DNA of 64,000 nt from Syntrophales bacterium (GTDB lineage: Bacteria; Desulfobacterota; Syntrophia; Syntrophales; UBA5619): contig JALNYO010000020.1 of NCBI GenBank assembly GCA_023229765.1, positions 1,525 to 65,524 of the forward strand, given 5' to 3'. Shown here one piece after another: positions 18,746 through 27,331 of the stretch. Each line of letters begins with the position of its first letter. The stretch's first letter is position 1. A model generated the notes under the pieces. The model searched no databases, was not told the origin of the DNA, and was given only the letters and a program-made list of their open reading frames with translations. A program made the position numbers and the translations under genes.

Positions 18746-20122
18746 ATGGCAATGGCAAAAATACTCGTTGTTGATGATGAGCAAGGCATGCGGGAACTGC
18801 TCGAGATCATGCTTGTCCGGGAGGGATACAGGGTTGTAACGGCGGCAGACGCAACCAAAGCGCTGCAGCGCTGCCGCAAAGAGGTCTTTGATCTGATCAT
18901 CACGGACCTCAAAATGCCTAAGGTTGACGGATTAACCTTTCTGCGGGAGGCAAAGAAAATTTCTCCCGGCGTCATGGTGATCCTGATCACTGCGTACGCC
19001 TCGGCGGAAACGGCGCTCGCGGCGATGAAGGAAGGCGTTTACGACTACCTCGAAAAGGATTTTGCGATTGATGATTTAAAAAGAATCATCCGCAATGCTC
19101 TGACTAACAAAGGGGAAAAACAGAAAGACCTCCTTTTTCTGAAGGAAGTCGGCCAGCAGGTGCGCTTTGGAGAAATGATCGGGAAAAGCAGCGAGATACT
19201 CAAAATATACGCAACCATAAGAAAGATTGCGCAAACCCTCACAAATATTCTGATTCTCGGAGAAAGCGGCACCGGAAAGGAGCTTGTGGCAAGGGCAATC
19301 CATGAGAACAGTCCCCGCAACGGAATGCCTTTTGTCGTGATTAATTGCGGAGGCATACCGGAAAATCTTCTGGAGAGTGAACTATTCGGTTATTGCAAAG
19401 GCGCTTTCACCGGAGCTTACACGGATAAGCAGGGGCTTTTTGAGTTTGCCAGGGGGGGGACAATTTTTCTTGATGAGGTAGCGGAACTCTCCACGTTTCT
19501 CCAGGTTAAACTGCTTAGGGTTGTTCAGGAAAAAACCTTTCGCCGGATCGGCGGTTCCGATGACATTAGCGTAGATGTGCGCATTATTTCCGCCACAAAC
19601 AAAAATCTTGCTGAAATGGTTAAAGCCGAGAAATTCCGAGAGGATTTGTACTACAGGCTAAATGTGATCCCGCTTTTTCTGCCTCCTCTCCGAGAGAGGA
19701 AGGAAGACATCCCCATTCTCACAAATTACTTTATCGAAAAATATTCAAAAGAGTTGGGAAAAGACGTAAAAACGATATCAACCTATGCAATGGAACTGCT
19801 TCTTGGGTATCAATTTCCCGGCAATATACGCGAGTTGAAGAATATCATAGAACGGAGCGTGGCTCTGGAGACATCTAACATCATATTGCCAGATAATTTG
19901 ATTCTTTCCGAAAGTATAGGGAGGATAAACAGCGGAACGTCTTCCCTCGGCATTGCCGATGGCGCGGTGAATCTCAATGAGGAACTGGCGATCTGGGAAA
20001 AAAATCTGATCGAAAAGGCACTCAAACAAGCGAATGGGGCAAAGAGCAAGGCAGCGGAGTTATTAGGAATAACCTATGATTCCCTTCATTATCGCTGTGA
20101 AAAACTGGGGATATCCTCATGA
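18746..20122 (+). CDS. Sigma54-dependent response regulator (NtrC family)
   Basis: Receiver domain (ILVVDDE ... DLKMP). AAA+ domain with GESGTGKE and GAFTGA. C-terminal Fis-type HTH. Start set at the ATG after the kinase stop. Confidence 0.9.
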   Translation: MAMAKILVVDDEQGMRELLEIMLVREGYRVVTAADATKALQRCRKEVFDLIITDLKMPKVDGLTFLREAKKISPGVMVILITAYASAETALAAMKEGVYDYLEKDFAIDDLKRIIRNALTNKGEKQKDLLFLKEVGQQVRFGEMIGKSSEILKIYATIRKIAQTLTNILILGESGTGKELVARAIHENSPRNGMPFVVINCGGIPENLLESELFGYCKGAFTGAYTDKQGLFEFARGGTIFLDEVAELSTFLQVKLLRVVQEKTFRRIGGSDDISVDVRIISATNKNLAEMVKAEKFREDLYYRLNVIPLFLPPLRERKEDIPILTNYFIEKYSKELGKDVKTISTYAMELLLGYQFPGNIRELKNIIERSVALETSNIILPDNLILSESIGRINSGTSSLGIADGAVNLNEELAIWEKNLIEKALKQANGAKSKAAELLGITYDSLHYRCEKLGISS

Positions 20123-20136
20123 ATGGTAAAATTTGC

Positions 20137-20165
20137 TTGACATCCGGTAGTTCATGCTTTATAAC
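20137..20165 (+). promoter_or_regulatory. Sigma70-like promoter TTGACA-17-TATAAC upstream of the liv-type operon
   Basis: Hexamers and the 17-nt spacer were read directly from the sequence. It would give a ~190-nt leader before the ATG at 20361. Confidence 0.45.
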
Positions 20166-20300
20166 GCCCGCACACAGACACGCAGACACGAGAAAAACAC
20201 TCCAGCGAAATGTAGTTTCAAACGAAAACGGTTGTATTGTTTTTTTAGTTTGGCAGAGCCATGGGCAAGGGTGGTTGGCTTCCCACGGACAGTTGGTTGT

Positions 20301-20337
20301 CCACGACGGCAATGGTTTGTCGTGGGCAAATTTTTTT
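20301..20337 (+). terminator. Terminator/attenuator-like hairpin in the liv leader
   Basis: CCACGAC (20301-20307) pairs with GTCGTGG (20319-20325) and is followed by GCAAATTTTTTT. An overlapping alternative stem is GGACA (20287-20291) with TGTCC (20298-20302). Confidence 0.35.
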
Positions 20338-20360
20338 GTGATTAAAAGGAGGGCTTGAAC

Positions 20361-21560
20361 ATGAAATTATTTAAAAGAGGGTTTCTGGTTGGCATCCTTG
20401 CCATTTCTTTTCTGTGGCCGGGGATGGCGTTTTCGGAGTCTATCAAGGTAGGCGCCGCTATCAATTTAACTGGTCCGGCATCAAGCTGGGGAAAATTTCA
20501 CGCTAAAGGACAGCAGGATTATTTCCGTTATGTAAATGAAGTAAAAGGCGGTGTTAACGGCAAAAAGATTGAAATGATCCTTGTGGATACAGCTTACAAG
20601 GTTCCCGAGGCGGTAGCCGCGGTTAGAAAGTTCGCCGTCCAGGACAAGGTTGACATGATCGCCACCTGGGGGACAGGGGAAGGACTCGCCGCCAAGCCGG
20701 TCATTCAGAATTACAAGATACCTACCATTAATTATTCAACTGGGTGGGAGATACTGGAAGCGCCGATAGAATATATGTACCTGCCTTTTGGCAGTTACCG
20801 CCTGGATTCCGAGGCCGTTCTTGATTACATCATGGCTGTCCACAAAGGCAAGGAACCGCCGAAGGTCGGGCTTCTCACCTACAACAATGCCTACGGACGC
20901 TCGATTCATAAACCCACCAAGGAATATGCCGCCAAAAAGAAGATAAATATTGTTGCAATTGAGGAATTTCCCGCGAAAACGGTTGATCTTTCAACGGAAC
21001 TGCTGCGGCTCCAAAAAGCCGGTGCTGAATATATCTTCATTCAGATGTTGCCGGCGGCTATCATAACGGCCCTGCGCAGCGCCGATCGAATCAACTACAA
21101 CCCACCATTTATCGGTACGTGGACCTCTACCGATCCGGATTTTTTCAAGATGGGACAGGGCCTGATCAGAAACCGGCTGAAAATGCAGTTCCCCGGCTGT
21201 CTGCCTGGCGATAATAATCAGGGAATAGCGCTTATGCAGGATTTGATCAAACGATACAAGACAGTCGATAAATTCGATAACGCCTATTGGGAAGGGGTTG
21301 TCGTTGGCAGCATCATGGAGCGGGCGATGGTGCGGGCTGACGAAAAATTCAAGGCCGTCAACAGCAAAACCATTAACAGTGCGATGGAATCCTTTAAAAA
21401 TGAGGATTTTGGCGGCTTGATTCCAGCCGTTTCATACTCGCCTTCCGATCACGAAGCATCCTTTAGCGGGCGCATGGTTTCCGTGAATGAAGATGGTTCG
21501 TTTACGCCTCTGACGAATTTCTACGTACCGGGCAAAGAAAATGTGAAATTCCTTAAATAG
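20361..21560 (+). CDS. ABC transporter substrate-binding protein (LivK/type-I periplasmic binding fold)
   Basis: Signal peptide. IKVGAAINLTGPAS start typical of the Leu/Ile/Val-binding family. ATG at 20361 follows an AAAGGAGGG RBS. Confidence 0.85.
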   Translation: MKLFKRGFLVGILAISFLWPGMAFSESIKVGAAINLTGPASSWGKFHAKGQQDYFRYVNEVKGGVNGKKIEMILVDTAYKVPEAVAAVRKFAVQDKVDMIATWGTGEGLAAKPVIQNYKIPTINYSTGWEILEAPIEYMYLPFGSYRLDSEAVLDYIMAVHKGKEPPKVGLLTYNNAYGRSIHKPTKEYAAKKKINIVAIEEFPAKTVDLSTELLRLQKAGAEYIFIQMLPAAIITALRSADRINYNPPFIGTWTSTDPDFFKMGQGLIRNRLKMQFPGCLPGDNNQGIALMQDLIKRYKTVDKFDNAYWEGVVVGSIMERAMVRADEKFKAVNSKTINSAMESFKNEDFGGLIPAVSYSPSDHEASFSGRMVSVNEDGSFTPLTNFYVPGKENVKFLK

Positions 21561-21632
21561 TAGATGAGTATAATCTATTAATCGCGTCGCGGATGATGAT
21601 TTCGATGCAGGCGAAACGGGGGAAACAGGCAG

Positions 21633-22460
21633 ATGAAGGCGTTCAGGGGACAGCCGTCCATTTACGAAAACACAAAAAACGCCAGAAGACCGGCGGAGAT
21701 TGAGATAAGGGGGCTGTCCCTTTCCTTTGGAGGCGTCAGGGCGCTGACAAATGTTGATTTGACGGTGAAGAGCGGCGAGCTCTTCGCCGTCATCGGCCCT
21801 AACGGCGCAGGAAAAACCAGCCTGATGAACTGCATCACCGGTTTCTATCATCCAGAAGCAGGCAAGATCATCTACAACGGAAAACAAATTGAAAATTTAC
21901 ATCCCCATCAGCTGGTAAAAATTGGCATTGGCAGAACCTTTCAGAATATTGAATTGTTTCCCGGAATGACCGTTATTTCCAATCTTTTCCTTGCCCGGCA
22001 CATCCACTACCGTTACGGTTTTTTACCGGCCTGCTTTTTTTTGAAATCGGTACGTCAGGAGGAGATTGCCCACCGTCGCATTCTGGAGGAGATCATTGAT
22101 TTTCTGGAAATCCAGTCCGTTCGCAACAAACCGGTCGGTTCGCTGCCTTACGGAATGATGAAGCGAATCGAGCTGGGAAGAGCGCTTGCCCTCCAGCCTG
22201 ATCTGCTTGTGCTTGACGAACCGTTCGCGGGAATGAATCTTGAGGAAAAAGAGGATATGGTGCGTTTTCTGCTCGAGCTTAACAGGGCTTGGGGGCAAAC
22301 CATGATTCTTGTTGAGCACGATATGGCAATTGTCATGAGCATTGCCAAAAGGATTGCCGTGCTCAATTTTGGAGAAAAGCTGGCAGAGGGAACTCCCGGT
22401 GAAATTGTCAAACACCCGGAGGTGATCAAGGCATACCTCGGTGATGATAAAATTCTCTGA
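21633..22460 (+). CDS. ABC transporter ATP-binding protein (LivG-like)
   Basis: Walker A GPNGAGKTS, Walker B LLVLDEP, and the LivG-type C-terminus (EVIKAYLG). Confidence 0.85.
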   Translation: MKAFRGQPSIYENTKNARRPAEIEIRGLSLSFGGVRALTNVDLTVKSGELFAVIGPNGAGKTSLMNCITGFYHPEAGKIIYNGKQIENLHPHQLVKIGIGRTFQNIELFPGMTVISNLFLARHIHYRYGFLPACFFLKSVRQEEIAHRRILEEIIDFLEIQSVRNKPVGSLPYGMMKRIELGRALALQPDLLVLDEPFAGMNLEEKEDMVRFLLELNRAWGQTMILVEHDMAIVMSIAKRIAVLNFGEKLAEGTPGEIVKHPEVIKAYLGDDKIL

Positions 22461-22501
22461 AATCGAAGATTAATGTTTATAAATCGAAGATTAATGTTCA
22501 T
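22460..22501 (-). repeat. 21-bp repeat, locus B (2 tandem copies)
   Basis: AAATCGAAGATTAATGTTTAT followed by AAATCGAAGATTAATGTTCAT. The first base is the last base of the livG-like stop codon. Confidence 0.95.
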
Positions 22502-22515
22502 AAAGGGGAAGATTT

Positions 22516-24444
22516 TTGAGCTTCGACAGCAACGAGCAAAATAAAGATTTTCGGGGAACTATCCCGCAGCTCCTGGCTTCACAGGCTGAAAGCATTATTG
22601 GAGACCAGGCCGCCATCAGGGAAAAAGCTTACGGCATCTGGGACGTTTACAGTTGGAAAGCTTACCTTGGCTACGTAAAGAAAATTGGGCTCGGCCTGAT
22701 CGCGATCGGATTTAAACGGGGCGATGTGGTGGGGCTCATCACTGACAATCATTCGGAATGGCTGTTTGCCGAAGTGGGGACACAGGCGGTGGGCGGCATC
22801 AGCTTGAATTTGTTCACATCGGCTGTCTCGGCGGAACTTGCTATTGCCTTGAACCGGGTCAGCGCCGCTTTTGTCTTTGCCGAAAATCAGGAACAGGTTG
22901 ACAAGCTCTTGGAGAGCCGCGATAAACTGAGCCATGTCAAAAATGTTATCTACATTGATCCTACGGGAATGCGCTCCTACGATGACAATCCCTGGATTAT
23001 TTCCTACCGTGATCTGCTTGCGCAAGGCGAAAAACTTGATAACGAGCGCGCGGAGCTTTTCCATGAAGAGCTGAAAAAAGGCAGGGGCGAAGAAACAGCC
23101 CTGATGATTCAGACGTCAGGGACAACAGGCGTGCCCAAGATGGCGATGCTGTCGCACCAGAACATCATCACAATCGGCAAAATGTGGACCACGGCGATAG
23201 ATATAAAACCAGGCGAAAACTGGCTTTCAATGTCGCCGCCGGCATGGATTGTCGATCAGATGTGGGCCTTTGGCGTAGCGCTTTACTCGGGAATGACGAT
23301 GAATTTCCCGGAAATGCCGGAGACAGTGGTGGAGGATTTTCGGGAGATCGGGCCATCCCGCATAATCACGGCATCGCGTTTCTGGGAGGACATGGCGTCG
23401 AAGATTCGCGTCAAGATGGGGGATGCAGGGTTCATCAAGCGCTATCTTTTCAACCAGGCAGAACGAGTGGGACGCTTGATGGAAAACACCCGCATGCAGA
23501 AAAAAACCCCCTCATTCCTTTTGAGTTTCCTTCACAAACTATCCTCCATAATAATTTATCGTCGTCTTCTCGATCGCGTGGGGTGTGCGAACTTTCTTGG
23601 CGCCTACACCGGCGGTCATCCGATCAGCCCGGATGTTATAATCTTTTTCCGTTCCTTCGGTCTTAATTTGAAGCAGTGCTATGGTTTGACCGAGTCCGGG
23701 GGAATCTTTCAGATTCAGCCGGATGACGAAGTGAAACCGGAAACGGTCGGCAAGCCGCTCCCCGGCGTCGAGATAAAAATTGATGAAAATCAGGAGGTGC
23801 TGATTCGCAGCGGTTCCTCCTTTCAAGGATATTATCAGAATGAGCAGGCGACCGCGGCTGCCTTCTTGGATGGCTGGCTGCGGACCGGAGACGCCGGTTA
23901 TCTCGATCAGGATGGTCATCTGTTGATTATCGGTCGTAAGGAAGAGGTTATCCGCAATAAGAGCGGTGAAGCCTTTTCCCCTGATTTCATTGAAACAAGG
24001 CTTAAGTTCAGCCCCTTTATCAAAGAGGCCGTTATCTTCGGCGAGGGGCGACCGTTTTTGACGGCGCTGATCAACATCGATCTCGGCAACACCGGGAGCT
24101 GGGCGGAAAAAAGAATGATCCCCTACACGACTTATATAGATCTTTCTCAGCAGCCGCCCGTGGAAGAGTTGATCCTATCGGAAGTGCGCACCGTCAATCA
24201 GCAATTGCCGGATGTTATGAAAATCAACAAATTCATCCTGCTTTATAAGCTGCTGGATGCCGATGATGAGGAATTGACCAGAACCGGCAAGGTGCGCCGC
24301 CACTTTGTCAGTGAATCGTATAACCTCTTGATAGAGGGCATGTACACAGGCAAAAGCGAGATTCCGATCAAGGGGAAAATACGCTATCGCGATGGGCAGG
24401 TAGGCGAGATAGATACAATCGTGCGGGTTATGACTGCATTATAA
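22516..24444 (+). CDS. AMP-dependent acyl-CoA synthetase/ligase
   Basis: AMP-binding motifs (MIQTSGTTGVPK, TGD, GKVRR). TTG start after an AAAGGGGA RBS. Confidence 0.85.
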   Translation: MSFDSNEQNKDFRGTIPQLLASQAESIIGDQAAIREKAYGIWDVYSWKAYLGYVKKIGLGLIAIGFKRGDVVGLITDNHSEWLFAEVGTQAVGGISLNLFTSAVSAELAIALNRVSAAFVFAENQEQVDKLLESRDKLSHVKNVIYIDPTGMRSYDDNPWIISYRDLLAQGEKLDNERAELFHEELKKGRGEETALMIQTSGTTGVPKMAMLSHQNIITIGKMWTTAIDIKPGENWLSMSPPAWIVDQMWAFGVALYSGMTMNFPEMPETVVEDFREIGPSRIITASRFWEDMASKIRVKMGDAGFIKRYLFNQAERVGRLMENTRMQKKTPSFLLSFLHKLSSIIIYRRLLDRVGCANFLGAYTGGHPISPDVIIFFRSFGLNLKQCYGLTESGGIFQIQPDDEVKPETVGKPLPGVEIKIDENQEVLIRSGSSFQGYYQNEQATAAAFLDGWLRTGDAGYLDQDGHLLIIGRKEEVIRNKSGEAFSPDFIETRLKFSPFIKEAVIFGEGRPFLTALINIDLGNTGSWAEKRMIPYTTYIDLSQQPPVEELILSEVRTVNQQLPDVMKINKFILLYKLLDADDEELTRTGKVRRHFVSESYNLLIEGMYTGKSEIPIKGKIRYRDGQVGEIDTIVRVMTAL

Positions 24445-24467
24445 GAAACAGGCACAGCCGTCCGTTT

Positions 24468-24509
24468 ATGAACATTAATCTTCGATTTATGAACATTAAT
24501 CTTCGATTT
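24468..24509 (+). repeat. 21-bp repeat, locus C (2 tandem copies, inverted relative to locus B)
   Basis: ATGAACATTAATCTTCGATTT occurs twice. The reverse complement of locus B differs at 1 of 42 positions. Confidence 0.95.
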
Positions 24510-24563
24510 GATGGTTTCAAAAAAAACGATTTTTAAGACACTGCAAGGTTAGGGAGGGTTAAG

Positions 24564-25442
24564 GTGGATTTTTTTTTGCAGCTGCTGATCGGAGGTCTTT
24601 CCGTCGGGTTCGTATATGGACTTTCCGCGATGGGTTTTGTAATGATCTTCAAATCGTCAAGCGTTTTGAACTTTGCGCATGGTGAATTGCTCGCACTGGG
24701 CGGTTATTTCTTTCTGATCTTTATCACGGTTGTCAAGCTGCCTGTTATTCTTGCGTTTATCTTTACGCTTGTTGCCTGTTTTATTACCGGAATCCTGATT
24801 GAAAGGGTTTTTCTCAGGCCCTTGATTGGAGAGAAACTGATCTTTGTCATAATGCTGACGGTTGGTCTGGCGGCAATGTTCAAAGGGATAATTCTGCTTA
24901 TCTGGGGGGGTAATCTCTACACATACCCCAATTTTCTTCCGGAATCGATGGGCTTTCGTTTAGGGGTGGTCAGCATCCCGCCTGTTTATGTGGCGACTTT
25001 TGGCATAGGCATCTTCTTTTTGATAATCTTCGGTCTTTTCTTTAAATTTTCCTCACAGGGGATTTACATGCGCTCTGTTGCCGACAACCAGCGGGCCGCC
25101 CTTTCTCTCGGCGTCAATGTAAGACGCGTTTTTGCCCTTTCCTGGGCGATAGCCGCCCTTGTAGCCGGGATGAGCGGCATAGTTCTGGGAATTATCAACG
25201 GCGTCAATGTTCACGATCTGTCCGCTTTGGGTTTAAAGGTGTTTCCGGTAATCATTCTTGGAGGGCTTGACAGCATCGGCGGCGCGATCGTCGGCGGTCT
25301 GATTATTGGTCTTTTGGAGACGTTTACCGGGGGATATATCTCCCCCTCGCTGCGCGATGTTGTGCCTTATATAATCCTGGTGCTTATTCTGCTGATCAAG
25401 CCATACGGTTTGTTCGGGTTAAAAGAAATCGAACGGGTTTAA
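24564..25442 (+). CDS. Branched-chain amino acid-type ABC permease (LivH-like)
   Basis: 292-aa polytopic protein. N-terminus LLIGGLSVGFVYGLSAMGF is typical of LivH. Confidence 0.85.
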   Translation: MDFFLQLLIGGLSVGFVYGLSAMGFVMIFKSSSVLNFAHGELLALGGYFFLIFITVVKLPVILAFIFTLVACFITGILIERVFLRPLIGEKLIFVIMLTVGLAAMFKGIILLIWGGNLYTYPNFLPESMGFRLGVVSIPPVYVATFGIGIFFLIIFGLFFKFSSQGIYMRSVADNQRAALSLGVNVRRVFALSWAIAALVAGMSGIVLGIINGVNVHDLSALGLKVFPVIILGGLDSIGGAIVGGLIIGLLETFTGGYISPSLRDVVPYIILVLILLIKPYGLFGLKEIERV

Positions 25443-25449
25443 AAAAAAG

Positions 25450-26520
25450 ATGAAAAAAATCCAATTACATCCCTGCGGCAACTTCAACGAGTCTTATGAC
25501 CGGGAGCTTACGGTCTTTTCTACCGACTTCGGCAGGATTTGGGCCATAGTCGGCATTATCTTACTTTTATCCGTGCCGCTGATGCCGCTCAGCCCTTATC
25601 TTATTTATGTGATGAATATCACCGGAATAGCGGCAATTTCAGTAATCGGGTTGAATCTGCTGACCGGTTTTACCGGGCAGATATCGCTCGGCCACGGGGC
25701 GTTCTTCGGGGTTGGCGCCTATGCAGGGGCAATTCTGGCGACCAGGCTTAATCTGCCGATATTTATCACTATCCCTGCTGCCGGATTGATCACCGCCGGG
25801 GTAGGCATGATTTTCGGCGTGCCCTCCGGACGACTCAAGGGACTGTATTTGACTATCGCCACCCTGGCCGGTCAGTTTATAATCGAATATGTACTGGTGC
25901 ATTGGGAATATATGACAAAGGGAACGATGGGAATCACGATGCCAATGCCCGTGTTCTTCGGATTCACCATCCAGGGGGATATTCCCTTTTATTATATAAT
26001 TTTCCCGCTGCTCGCTTTGATGCTGTGGATCGCCGTTAATCTGATCCGCACGCGTTTTGGGAGAGCATGGATTGCGATCAGGGATAACGACAGGGCGGCG
26101 GAAGGAATGGGAATTCCCATTTTCCCTTACAAGGTCTTTGCGTTTGCCGTCAGCTCTTTTTATGCCGGTTTTGCCGGCGCCCTTTGGGCGTATTATATGG
26201 GCAGCATCACAACGGAACCATTCAATCTCGCACTTTCGGTGGAGTATCTGGCGATGGTGATCATCGGCGGCTTGGGAAGCATTTCCGGTTCCATTTTTGG
26301 AGCCGTGTTCATTACAGTGCTCAACGAGCTACTGCGTTTTATGACCGATTTCCTGATGAACAGCGCAATCGTCACGCAACTGGGTCTGAGCCTGGCGCCT
26401 CTGCGGGAGTTTTTTTACGGGGTTGCCATCGTTCTCTTTATTCTGTTTGAACCGCGCGGATTAGCGGAGGTGTGGCGGATCGTTCGCTCCAACTTCCGCC
26501 TCTGGCCTTTCCCTTACTGA
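25450..26520 (+). CDS. Branched-chain amino acid-type ABC permease (LivM-like)
   Basis: 356-aa polytopic protein with the GQISLGHGAFFGVGAY motif. Confidence 0.85.
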   Translation: MKKIQLHPCGNFNESYDRELTVFSTDFGRIWAIVGIILLLSVPLMPLSPYLIYVMNITGIAAISVIGLNLLTGFTGQISLGHGAFFGVGAYAGAILATRLNLPIFITIPAAGLITAGVGMIFGVPSGRLKGLYLTIATLAGQFIIEYVLVHWEYMTKGTMGITMPMPVFFGFTIQGDIPFYYIIFPLLALMLWIAVNLIRTRFGRAWIAIRDNDRAAEGMGIPIFPYKVFAFAVSSFYAGFAGALWAYYMGSITTEPFNLALSVEYLAMVIIGGLGSISGSIFGAVFITVLNELLRFMTDFLMNSAIVTQLGLSLAPLREFFYGVAIVLFILFEPRGLAEVWRIVRSNFRLWPFPY

Positions 26521-26530
26521 AGGTTTTTAA

Positions 26531-27331
26531 ATGGCACAAAAATTATTGCAACTCAACAACATTTCGGTTGTTTACTCGGACGTAATTCAGGTTCTTAAGG
26601 GTGTTTCGCTGTCGGTTGAGCAGGGTCAGATTGTCTCCCTGCTGGGAAGCAACGGGGCAGGTAAAACGACAACCCTGAAGGCAATATCGGGACTTCTGAA
26701 GCCGGAAAACGGGATGGTAACGGAGGGGGCGATTCTTTATAAGGAGCGCCCGATGCATAACAAATCTCCGGAAGAAATCACCCGAAACGGCATTATCCAG
26801 GTATTGGAAGGGAGACAACCGTTCAAATATTTAACAATAGAGGAAAATCTCCGGGTGGGAACGGCGACAAGGTCAGGGAAACCCTATCAGGAAGACCTCG
26901 ACAAGGTTTATAATTATTTCCCCGCCTTAAGTACAATGCGCAAAAGACTCGCCGGTTACTGCAGCGGCGGAGAATTGCAGATGCTCGTTATTGGACGGGG
27001 GCTCATGGCCCATCCGGAATTGCTGCTTCTGGACGAGCCCTCCCTTGGTCTGGCGCCGATCCTTGTACGGGAAATCTTCGGCATAATTAAAAGGATAAAC
27101 GAAGACGAGGGAACCACTATCATCCTTGTCGAACAAAACGCCCAGATGGCCCTCCAGATTGCCCATTACGGCTATGTAATGGAAAACGGCAAGATTGTTA
27201 TGGAAGGCTCCGCGGAGGCCGTCCGTGAAAACCCGGATATTAAGGAATTCTATCTGGGAATGTCGGTAACAGGGGATGCCAAATCTTATGACGAGGTAAA
27301 ATCCTACCGGCGTAGAAAAAGATGGCTTTAG
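26531..27331 (+). CDS. ABC transporter ATP-binding protein (LivF-like)
   Basis: Walker A GSNGAGKTT, signature CSGGELQM, Walker B LLLLDEPS. Confidence 0.85.
   Translation: MAQKLLQLNNISVVYSDVIQVLKGVSLSVEQGQIVSLLGSNGAGKTTTLKAISGLLKPENGMVTEGAILYKERPMHNKSPEEITRNGIIQVLEGRQPFKYLTIEENLRVGTATRSGKPYQEDLDKVYNYFPALSTMRKRLAGYCSGGELQMLVIGRGLMAHPELLLLDEPSLGLAPILVREIFGIIKRINEDEGTTIILVEQNAQMALQIAHYGYVMENGKIVMEGSAEAVRENPDIKEFYLGMSVTGDAKSYDEVKSYRRRKRWL

Noticed and set aside
20250-20266. Sigma54 promoter-like TGGCAG-N5-TGGGC downstream of the sigma54-dependent regulator gene
   Set aside because: The GG and GC elements are mis-spaced by one nucleotide relative to the TGGCAC-N5-TTGC consensus, so the critical -12 C is missing at the right position. 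I did not call it.
20119-20358. Small ORFs (79 and 63 aa) in the liv leader region
   Set aside because: They have no RBS and no recognisable motifs, and they overlap the predicted promoter and hairpins. The region is more likely non-coding leader.
22148-22501. ORF beginning MNINLRFININLRF on the minus strand
   Set aside because: Its start is simply the ATG contained in the tandem 21-bp repeat. The remainder is antisense to the livG-like gene.
22460-24509. Possibility that the 21-bp tandem repeats are a CRISPR array
   Set aside because: The units are directly adjacent with no spacers. There are only 1-3 units per locus, and no cas genes are in the window.
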